From Podarcis tiliguerta (taxonomy: Eukaryota): 64,000 nt of DNA. A program made the position numbers and the translations under genes. Shown in pieces: positions 25,201 to 64,000 of this stretch. Location: NCBI GenBank assembly GCA_965153285.1, contig OZ229118.1, one strand, 5' to 3'. How positions within the stretch are numbered: position 1 is the first letter of the stretch; each line of letters begins with the position of its first letter. The notes beneath the pieces are model-generated. The model was not told the DNA's origin. It ran no database searches and saw only the letters and a program-made list of their open reading frames with translations.

Positions 25201-26536
25201 AAAGAAGGAGACTCCACCACACTCCTTGGCAGCAAATTCCACTGTCGAACAGCTCTTACTGTCAGGAAGTTCTTCCTAATGTTTAGGTGGAATCTTCTTT
25301 CTTGTAGTTTGTATCCATTGCTCCGTGTCCGCTTCTCTGGAGCAGCAGAAAACAACCTTTCTCCCTCCTCTATGTGACATCCTTTTATATATTTGAACAT
25401 GGCTATCATATCACCCCTTAACCTCCTCTTCTCCAGGCTAAACATGCCCAGCTCCCTTAGCCGATCCTCATAAGGCATTGTTTCCAGGCCTTTGACCATT
25501 TTGGTTGCCCTCCTCTGTACACGTTCTAGTTTGTCAGTGTCCTTCTTGAACTGTGGTGCCCAGAACTGGACACAGTACTCCAGGTGAGGTCTGACCAGAG
25601 CAGAATACAGTGGCACTATAACTTCCCTTGATCTAGATGCTATACTCCTATTGATGCAGCCCAGAATTGCATTGGCTTTTTTAGCTGCCGCGTCACACTG
25701 TTGGCTCATGTTAAGTTTGTGGTCAACCAAGACTCCTAGATCCTTTTCACATGTACTGCTCTCAAGCCAGGTGTCACCCATCTTGTATTTGTGCCTCTCA
25801 TTTTTTTTGCCCAAGTGCAATACTTTACATTTCTCCCTGTTAAAATTCATCTTGTTTGTTTTGGCCCAGTTCTCTAATCTGTCAAGGTCGTTTTGAAGTG
25901 TGATCCTGTCTTCTGGGGTGTTAGCCACCCCTCCCAGTTTGGTGTCATCTGCAAATTTGATCAGGATGCCCTTGAGTCCATCATCCAAGTCGTTGATAAA
26001 GATGTTGAATAAGACCGGGCCCAAGACAGAACCCTGTGGCACCCCACTAGTCACTCTTCTCCAGGATGAAGAGGAACCATTGATGAGCACCCTTTGGGTC
26101 CGGTCAGTCAGCCAGTTACAAATCCACTGAGTGGTAGCATAGTCAAGCCCGCATTTTACCAGCTTCTTTACAAGAATATCATGGGGCACCTTGTCAAATG
26201 CCTTGCTGAAATTTATTTTGAAACAACGTTTTAGATAAGGAGATCATAACCTTTCAATATTCATAATGTGTTGAAATCTGCTGACAGTTTTGAGTTGAAA
26301 ATAATACAAGGGTTAGGTATCGTTCATCTATGCTTTTTAACACTGGGGTTCTTACACAGCCCAGATACCACCTCCAAAAAGGTGAGGGTAAAATACAAAG
26401 TTTTAGAACAGAAACCAACATAGTAAAACTAGTTTTAAATTATAGTTTTAATAAAATATCTAAGATTTACTCAAAAGGTACTTACTGTATGTAGAGGCTT
26501 CTGAGACAAATATCCTTTTGTGTAAGCTGCCCACAT
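1252..26536 (-). CDS. NACHT and WD40 repeat domain-containing protein (NWD1/NWD2-like STAND NTPase: DUF4062-like, NACHT, WD40); multi-exon, 3' end lies beyond the left edge of the window
   Basis: 20 phase-compatible GT-AG coding exons (minus, 5'->3'): 26536-26486, 23648-23586, 22773-22654, 21227-21150, 21069-20974, 20210-19649, 19018-18819, 18183-17771, 16472-16318, 16215-16007, 13669-13530, 12318-12208, 9881-9723, 9307-9184, 8113-7904, 6359-5488, 4452-4313, 3444-3316, 2176-1845, 1385-1252. Total 4298 nt, no internal stop. Motifs: [30 protein letters not shown] (DUF4062-like), WYRLDEN, Walker [17 protein letters not shown], Walker [13 protein letters not shown]40 [20 protein letters not shown] and [10 protein letters not shown]. 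The first five small exons rest on splice signals and open frame only (less certain). The ATG at 26536 has A at -3 and an in-frame upstream TAA. Confidence 0.88.
1845..2176 (-). CDS. NWD-like gene exon encoding WD40 repeats
   Basis: [47 protein letters not shown]; GH..WD repeat signature. Confidence 0.9.
2355..2477 (+). mobile_element. CR1 3'-terminal fragment
   Basis: gggggttggactagatgacccttggggtcccttccaactctacaattctatga; related short tails at ~21657, ~38890, ~40155 and ~48645. Confidence 0.75.
5488..6359 (-). CDS. NWD-like gene large exon (post-NACHT helical/winged-helix region)
   Basis: 872-nt exon inside ORF 5484..6383 (..[53 protein letters not shown]); acceptor cttttcctcag, donor gtaggc. 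Confidence 0.9.
7904..8113 (-). CDS. NWD-like gene exon with the NACHT Walker B
   Basis: Translates [57 protein letters not shown]...; hhhhDGhDE at 8021-8050. Confidence 0.9.
9723..9881 (-). CDS. NWD-like gene exon with the NACHT Walker A (P-loop); not in the ORF track
   Basis: Translates [52 protein letters not shown]; GxxGxGKT at 9770-9793; AG/GT boundaries in phase with both neighbours. Confidence 0.9.
11284..11680 (+). mobile_element. LINE (L2/CR1-clade) 3' end fragment
   Basis: ggctttggtcctgtataccttaagga..ttggaatgcccttcccatcag..gctggggcaacctagtcatatgggtggcatataaataaa; the same 3' end recurs at ~20765-20925. Confidence 0.55.
13816..14160 (+). mobile_element. Sauria SINE, full length
   Basis: tRNA-like head gggacgcgggcggcgctgtggt..tcgaatccc, (ACCTTT)n tail, 13-bp TSD taagatcaactta (13803-13815 and 14161-14173). 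Confidence 0.9.
14220..14560 (+). mobile_element. Non-autonomous DNA-transposon-like repeat containing a LINE-3'-like segment (copy 1)
   Basis: Ends caggccctccaa..ttggagggtatg; colinear with the reverse complement of 21706-22052. Confidence 0.7.
16868..16997. repeat. Interspersed repeat fragment (second copy at ~28905-29020)
   Basis: Both loci share tttttctagaaaaagaggtgct..accatga..acctcc..gttctcttata.tggcaatggc.cccacc..gaggtg.tggaactgagttc. Confidence 0.7.
18384..18674. mobile_element. hAT-type MITE
   Basis: Terminal inverted repeats caggggtgta / tacatccctg; perfect 8-bp TSD tccagata (18376-18383 and 18675-18682). Confidence 0.8.
18819..19018 (-). CDS. NWD-like gene exon encoding the core of the DUF4062-like N-terminal domain
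   Basis: Translates [67 protein letters not shown]. The ER..L..FP.L..C..F..VDLRWG pattern is typical of NWD1/NWD2/TEP1 N-termini. Acceptor ttaatcag, donor gtaagt. Confidence 0.88.
21706..22052 (-). mobile_element. Same repeat family, inverted copy 2, inserted into a short CR1-tail-like element
   Basis: Reverse complement aligns by eye to 14220-14560. Flanked by the split halves of atcatagacttgtagagttggaagggacc..ctaggccaacctcctgctatgcaggaatc. Confidence 0.7.
22257..22430 (-). mobile_element. Sauria SINE, 5'-truncated
   Basis: Tail aaggt(aaaggt)n on +; 15-bp TSD taataattaatagta (22242-22256 and 22431-22445). Confidence 0.88.
23913..24490 (+). mobile_element. Degenerate L2/CR1-clade LINE 3' fragment (interrupted by the 24124-24294 MITE)
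   Basis: cagaatgctgcaaccagatt..gtgctggttatgacctacaaagcccta..tgtggaattccctccc resembles the degraded LINE ORF2 C-terminus (QNAAARL..KVL..YKAL..LWNSLP); boundaries approximate. Confidence 0.55.
24124..24294. mobile_element. hAT-type MITE nested in an older LINE fragment
   Basis: TIRs cagtggcgtagcgtggg / cccacgctatgccactg; perfect 8-bp TSD caagatcc (24116-24123 and 24295-24302); internal tandem gtgccccctaacccgtggatt units. Confidence 0.85.
25067..26212 (-). mobile_element. CR1 LINE, 5'-truncated copy (C-terminal half of ORF2 reverse transcriptase plus 3' tail)
   Basis: ORF 25152..26189 with [39 protein letters not shown] (CR1 RT). 3' end is the (ATTCTATG)n microsatellite, read as tagaatca repeats on +. 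Truncated inside the DFSKAFDK motif. Confidence 0.96.
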
Positions 26537-29500
26537 GGTTTTTGCACAGATGTTTAAAGTCAGAAAATGTAGAAAGTCAGCTTAGAGGAAAGTTTTATTT
26601 CATTGCCTCTTGGGTATTGGCAGATTGTTTTAGCTCTCTCCTGAGCTAAGAATCAGTTAGTTGTACTCCAAAACATATAACCGAACATCTTATGCTTCCT
26701 TCCAAAGTTATAATTTTAGTAAGAAGAGAACAGATTTAGTAAGAAGACAGCAGGGCACAAATCTAATTACAGGTACTGCTGCATAACTGAAAGTATTACC
26801 AGCCAGTTGCAAACTTATAATTTCACATTTCCCTTTGAGAAGTATAACACGTATTTACAAAATACCTATGACGTAGTAGGATTTTCTCTCCCACAGATGC
26901 TTCCAAATAGCAAACAAAAAACCCATCTCTCTTCCCAGTGCTATTTTTCTTCTCTGCCTCTTGGCGTATGGAAGTGAGTAAGTTTACTGATTCCCAGGCA
27001 GCGCTAACCCATAGCAACATGCAGTGGCAAAACCTGTTTGACTTGCTATTCAGATTTTAGCCTCCTTTTAAGAGCTGTTGGCTAGAACAGTCAGCTCCAA
27101 AGCCAAATAAAAAAGTGGGAAGAGAAAAACAACCCCAATAGCTGAACGTTATTAATGGACTCATAAGAATGTGTTCAGCACTCGATATGAATCTCTACCT
27201 TTATTTGTTATCTCACTTTATTACAATTACAGTTAGCTCAAAACAGATTCCTATACAAATTGTTGCGAAAAATAATTAAGCCAGTGTTGTCTGGAGTTTG
27301 TTAGGTGGCTGTTTTTTGCTGGTAGCTAACAATGAACAAATTTATTAATTATACAAAATCAATCATGCTAGATTGAGCGGCAACAATTGTTTCCCAATCA
27401 GTAGAGTTGAAATGGCTCATCAGGATAGTTGGTCCCTAAACCACAGCCTGCCTATCACACATGGTACAGCTTTATAGAAGACAATGATGCAACATGGGAC
27501 CAACCACACAGAACCACTGTGAAATTATTTCAGTTGGTCTCAAGTTTGAGCAGTTTGGTGAGGATTGTTACAGTTGCCTTACTGAATGAGATAACTAACT
27601 CTGTTGAAACCACAACACAGGGCAAATTCAGATAATTGTATTAGAAGTTATAATTGGAAGCAACTTCTGCCTGCACATTTTTTAAGCGAAAGAACACAGC
27701 TGGAAGACAGAGGTGGTTTTGCTGCAATATATTCTTAGGCAGCCTCCTGATGTTTTGGACTACAAAGTCCGCTTACCTTAAATGGTACAGCACCTCTTAC
27801 CCACACCATGATCCGGCAAGGGAAAGGGTATCAGAATTTCCACCCAAGCTGGTTGCAACCCCAAAATTGGTCCTCGCACCGTCCTGGGAAGTGGGACTAC
27901 AACTCCCATTAGTCCCAGCTCGGATGACCATTGGGGTGGGCTATTTTAAGATATTTTAATTACAAGGAAAGTGCAGAAGCAGTGTGCGCCCTACAATGCA
28001 ACTAAAGATCAACCAGTGTGTCTGAAGTATTCAGATATCCTACCTTTCAAGGTTTTCCTTCAAGATCCTACCAATTCTGACTTCATGTCAAGTGGCAGCA
28101 GAAAGGAGACAAGCAATTTCGGTTTGTTTGTTTCCCCCCCAACTGGTCTATTCAGATAAATTGTCATGGTAACTAAATTTCTACTCTGCATAAACTGAGT
28201 TTCCTCTCCCTTGGGGAGCTATTGAACAAAAGCACTCTATTTTCCATACCTGGCAGTCTCAAATGTTAGTCCCGTCCCCCCATCAGCAGAAATACAGGTG
28301 CTCACGACAAAGATGTTAGATGTTTAATATCTGGATTCCTTTCATAGAAACTACTTTTGTGTGAAAGGCGCAATAATTTATGTAGGTATTCACTGTGCTA
28401 AAAATTACATAGCCGAGTGCCTGAATATCCTGTTCATTTTTGTGATGGCTCTAATTAAATTTCAAAGAAGTGCAGATATAACATTGTAGAAAGGCGGGAG
28501 TTGTCAAAATATAACTTGGCCTCTGATCCAATCTGTTGATCATGCTATTTAATTTACTTATTTGGGAGGATATGTAGGTCTGGATCCTATATTGATTCCC
28601 CAATGGCAGGGGAGAAAACATGGAGCAGGCGAAACTGTTCCTGGAACAGTCTTCCTCTCCTAAAATTATCCCACTTTCATCAGTTTTCCTTGTTTGAAAT
28701 TGTTATTTACAACAGAAACATTCCACCAGTTTGCTCACAGCCTCAACACCAGGACATTTCATGCATTTATTTTATTCTGTGTATTACATGCCAACTCATC
28801 CGCTGTTGCTCTATCTCCCCTTCCATGATGGCTATGTTCTACCCACACTGTTCGAGGCAGCATGTTACTGGGAATCTCAGGTTGGTGGAGCTATGTTGCC
28901 AGTGTTATTTTTCTAGAAAAAGAGGTGCTCACCATGAACGCCTCCCTTGTTCTCTTATAGTGGCAATGGCGCCCACCAGAGAGGTGCTGGAACTGAGTTC
29001 TGGTGAGTTCCATCTGGGGGAAAACACCCGCCCCAACCCAATCTTGTGCTCATCTCCTGCTTGCAGCCTTCCAGTTTGTCACTGTGAGAACAGGATGCTG
29101 TGCTAAATAGGCCTATGGCCGGCTGCAACAGGGCTCTCCAAGAGTCTTGTAGCATATTGTTACAGAAACACACAATGCTGCCCAGCCAAATTGAAGCAGG
29201 TTGAAGTCACAAAGATTTTAATAGCAGATTGAAATATGTGCTGAACTCTACAGTTGAAGTTTCTGCTTAACTTTGGCCCACTGTATGCACAGGGCCTAAA
29301 TGCAAATAAACACACAACACGGCAGATAAATATATATTTATTTAAATCCCTCCTTTCCCACAATAAAAATTAGATGGCATTAAGGCATCTTATACTCTAT
29401 TACTATTTAAACAGTAAAGAGAACTTTTAGATACAAGACGGCACATCTATGCAAAATTCCGTTTTATCTACCCATTTGGTGGTTATATCCATCTCTTTAT

Positions 29501-30782
29501 TCATTAACATATACAAGAAAACATGACAACTCCTATTTTTCCAAAGGAAGAAAATAACAAACAGAAATAAATGGCACCCAGCATTTAGGGCGGGTACTGT
29601 GCTACCTTTTGAGAGGAAAAATACAAACTACTGTACCATAAATGCATTTCCAACAGAGAAAATGTACTGGTGGGTTAGTTCTAGTTATTTTTTCATCACA
29701 GTTTTTCATACAGTGGAGTTCTATGCAGGTTTACTCAGAAGTTCTGAATTCAATGAAGTGTACTCCCCAGTGTATTTTGGACTGGAGTCCTATCAGAATT
29801 CTAATTACCCATTTAAAAAATAATAATTATCAGAAGTGAAATTATAGTTAGCCCATCAACTTTGTGGATGAGTGAAGAACAGTAACTTCATTGATAAAAG
29901 GTAAGATACATTGCTGTCAAATAACAGTGGCTCTGGATAGAATAGGATAGTTTCATTTGTATTGGGATGTGTATCTTTTGTTATGCTTATAAAAGAGGTG
30001 GGATGATTTGGCTGAAACTGGAGGGACTCAGCAAGTAAGCCTTGTGGATTTCAATATTCCCCCATAATTAATGACCTGACGAGGTCTGTGGCCACTGGAG
30101 CATTAGCTAGAGTAACAAAGTGTATCCCAACAATTCACTAGCTTTCTATGCTGTAGTAGTAGTAGTAGTATTTATTGAATTTACCACCCACTTAACCTGG
30201 TTACGTGTTGATGTAATAATAAATCAAGTAGTAGAAGGGTGTGTACAAATGGGGCATTGCCTCTACAGTGGCTACTGGCAACCAACCAAAGGTTTATGGG
30301 AAAAGGTTCATGGCTGGGATGAAAGGAGCTGGGAGAAATGATGGCATTCTGGGGCATAACTTTATTTTATTTATTCAACCAAATTTGAAAACTGCTTGAC
30401 TGTAGTAAAACCTCTAAGTAGTTCACAAGAACTATTAAAATTATCAACAAAAACAGTTAAAGTCATTAAACACATTTAAAGTTAATTAAAATCAACTGTA
30501 AAAAAAGATTAAAACACCTCAGCTTCTATGCAAGGCAAGCAAATATTTAAATGGGGCTATTGGCTCATGAACCGTTGACTCCCATTGGCTGTAGCGCTGC
30601 CCTTCCTCAAGTTTGTCTATACATTCAGCTTTTTTCCAGCCTCTTCTGCTAGGATATTTCATCAAGGGATTGAACTTGCAACCCAATGTCTATGAAGTTT
30701 CTACTATCCCATTCCTGCAAGTTGCAGCTCCAAATGCGAGTCACACCTGGTCTATCCAGTTGCATCTAAACATGGTTTGGGG

Positions 30783-30918
30783 CAGTGATGGCCAAACTTG
30801 GCCCTCCAGCTGTTTTGGGACTACAACTCCCATCATCCCTAGCTAACAGGACCAGTGGTCAGGGATGATGGGAATTGTAGTCCCAAAACAGCTGGAGGGC
30901 CAAGTTTGGCCATCACTG
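30783..30918. mobile_element. Palindromic hAT-type MITE (136 bp)
   Basis: 58-bp arms 30783-30840 and 30861-30918 match at 57/58; flanks gtttgggg / gttggggg (7/8) fit an 8-bp TSD. Confidence 0.85.
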
Positions 30919-32217
30919 GTTGGGGGAAAGGGTGTGTGCCATAGCATAGGTTTTTGGGTAGCTACAAAAGCCACATTGTGGGTCTGACTTGTGCTAATTC
31001 CTGTGGCAGGCAGTGACTTCATTCTCTTCTGTCTGACATTGTTCCATCCCAACAAACTACCAGATAACTCCTGCTGCTTTCTGCTGTGAGCTCCTACCAT
31101 ACTGTTCCTCCTTTCTTGCCTCTGACTTCTCCATTAGCAAAATCTCTTTTCTCTTCATGGAAGACACCAACATATAAGCTATGTGGAGTGTTCCGACAGT
31201 TGTCAGTGTATGATCACTGATCCCAGAGCAAATCTCAAATCTCGTTCAAGGGCTCACAATTCTCAGAGCCCATGATCTGCTCACTAGGATATTGGGTTGC
31301 CAGTGGAATGGTTCTCCTTTCTTCCCTTCTTGTTTGCCTGGCAAAAGTATTATCATTGTAGGCTGTGGATTGGCAGAAGATTTAATCCCTGTCTGAAGGG
31401 AGGCCTGGTGGTTGTAGTTTCTGCCTACTGCTACCTCCCTATAACATGGAGAGGTGGAACCATCTCTCTCTAGTTGTGCATGGGACACCATGTGTACTGG
31501 CTCAATCATATAATGTTTGCATTTATTCTTTGCCATGGGCTGATAATTGATCCAGGGATTGTACCAATGCAAGGGCATCATTAGTGGCTGGTAGGCAACT
31601 GCAGATGTGCCATGGGAATAAAAGTTGATACCTTATCTTTTATACCTCATGATCCTGTTTTGCTTTCTAGGACTGTGACTATATTACAGCTGGGAAGCTG
31701 TGCTAGAGGGAGACCATGGGATTGGGTTGAAAAAATGCATTTCAAGAATACCACGGTTCAGGAAGATCCAATATTTTTTCCAAAATTTAGCCTGTCATTG
31801 TAGATTTCATCTGAAAAGCTGGATCAGCAATGAATAGTATTTGAAATAACACTGAAGAAGCTATGCAAAAAGAAATATAAAATAAGACCAGCAGCTAGAG
31901 CATTAGATGACTCACTTTCCAGTTTTGCATGATTTAGTACAGGGTCAAACAGTATAAAAGCAAATTACATATTGTTATATTCAGAGTCCTGATAGTTGAC
32001 ATCCAAATAGGAGACAATCTTCAGCCTAATTTCTTTAAAGGCAAACATGTGATATGAAGAAAGTGATTATGGATACCAAAAACATTTCCCTCTAGGTAAG
32101 CACACCTTTTCAGATTACTGTCATTTTATAAAATGTAAATGAAAAAAGAGAGAATATGGCAGTTGATTCCAAACAGTGTTGTAGTAAAAGCTGATGTTTT
32201 CCTATATCAGTGTCCTC

Positions 32218-39226
<7,009 letters not shown>

Positions 39227-40060
39227 GGCGCGACACCGGAGGAAACAGGAGCCCCCCCCCCAACCCCTTTCACTGCCCACCGTCCCTCCTCCCAGGTGAT
39301 CGCGACGCCCTCCTCTCCGCCAGGGCGAGATCCACGCAGCCCCGACCGATCCCGACAGCCGCCTACCCGTGCGCGTGCGCCGAAAATGACAAGAGGAGGC
39401 GGGCTCACGGCACCCGCGTCCTCCCCGCCCTTCCTATTGGGCGTGGGGGTCCACCCTTCCGCATCTTGTTCCCGGCTGGCTATTGGCCACAGGCTCTTTC
39501 AGACACGCCCTCTGGCTCGCTTCGGTTCCCTTACGCCAGTCCGACCTCTTTCCTGGTCCTCATTGGCTCTTCGTCGAACTCTAACGCTGCCCGCGCTCCA
39601 ATGGTTTCGTCCCTTGATGAGTCTTGGCGCTCATTGGGCAGCTGCAGACGTCGCTCTCAGCTGGTTTCGCACCCCTCCTCCCAACCCGCGGCTTGTTTGC
39701 TGGGCTCTTCAGTCAGGCCTTGGGCTGCTGCTGGACCCTTTCCCCTTCTTTCCTCCGTGGTTCGGTCGGGCCTTTCCCATGGACTGCGCCGGTGGAAGTT
39801 GAGCGGGGCCGCCTGTGGCGCTGAGGGGGAGCTGCTTCTTCCGCAGCGGCGCAGGTGCGGGTGGAGCGGGGCCGCGCGGGGCGTGGTGGGCTGCGAGGGG
39901 AAGGAGACGCGGGAGGGTCAGGCGCTGTCAGCTGTCGGGAGCGCCATGACTGGCTCCGGGAGGGGCCGCGGAGGGAAAGCGCCGGCAAGCGGCCTCGGGC
40001 GAGCAGGGACACCGCCGAGAAGCTCGGGGAAAGTTGGGCGAAACCTTCTAGGAAGCCGCT
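39227..40060. promoter_or_regulatory. CpG-island bidirectional promoter shared by RWDD4 and TRAPPC11
   Basis: Sharp rise in GC and CpG between the two divergent genes. NRF1-like TGCGCGTGCGC (39370-39380), GC box CCCCGCCC (39423-39430), five CCAAT/ATTGG boxes (39436, 39482, 39562, 39598, 39633), ETS-like GGAAGT (~39794). Confidence 0.85.
39800..39854 (+). other. TRAPPC11: Probable non-coding first exon of TRAPPC11 (start approximate)
   Basis: Donor-like GCAG|GTGCGG at 39854/39855 inside the CpG island. The ATG exon has an acceptor (actgtttcag) at 40440, so an upstream UTR exon is needed. Confidence 0.5.
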
Positions 40061-40399
40061 TGGTCATTCATGGCTAAGCCATTTCAGGCTGCGGAGTTTG
40101 CAAAGCTAAGCAGGGTCCGGTATGGTTTCAGATTGGTTGGGAACCGCGTGTTGAGATTCCTGGGTTGGACTGGATGACCCTTGGAGTTTTTTCCAACTCT
40201 ACAATTCTTTGATTCCATATACTGCTATCAAGGTGGGGGAAGCTGTGCCTCTTTCAATCCTAAGATTTTATTTACTATTGCATGTCGTATCAGCTTACAT
40301 TTGGGAAGAATTTAGTCAGAGGTATTTTTATTTTCTTTAGCAGAGGCTTTTCTTTCTCTTTGACTATCGGTGTCCCAGAATAACAATAAATGTATCTGA

Positions 40400-64000
<23,601 letters not shown>

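Noticed and set aside
25152-26189. 345-aa reverse transcriptase ORF as a domesticated gene or retron-like system
   Set aside because: It is the 5'-truncated end of CR1 ORF2 with the diagnostic tail, and lacks the endonuclease and the N-terminal RT motifs.
1252-26536. Assigning the symbol NWD1 or NWD2 to the NACHT-WD40 gene
   Set aside because: Family membership is clear, but orthology cannot be established without phylogeny, and the neighbourhood does not match what I know of either mammalian locus.

Overview
Eukaryotic intron-exon DNA from a vertebrate. Sauria SINEs with (ACCTTT)n tails, CR1 LINEs with (ATTCTATG)n tails and hAT/mariner MITEs point to a squamate reptile, probably a lacertid lizard (inference). 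Three protein-coding genes were assembled by hand from GT-AG boundaries and exon phase. (1) Minus strand, ~26.5 kb down past the left edge: an intact NWD-family STAND NTPase (long N-terminal extension, DUF4062-like domain, NACHT, helical region, WD40 repeats; 20 coding exons, ~1,430 codons visible). It sits next to RWDD4 rather than at the mammalian NWD1/NWD2 loci and may be an uncharacterised third paralogue. (2) RWDD4, minus strand, complete (187 aa), including a 3-nt microexon (CAT, His) at 33312-33314. (3) TRAPPC11, plus strand, 27 coding exons visible, truncated by the right edge, head-to-head with RWDD4 across a CpG-island promoter rich in CCAAT boxes. Introns hold a young 5'-truncated CR1 with an unbroken RT frame, five Sauria SINE copies, many MITEs with target-site duplications (TSDs), and an unusual retro-insertion with a fold-back copy of its own flank. 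No prokaryotic-type systems (CRISPR, operons), rRNA or true tRNA genes were seen. Comparisons with human proteins and loci are from memory, not from searches.
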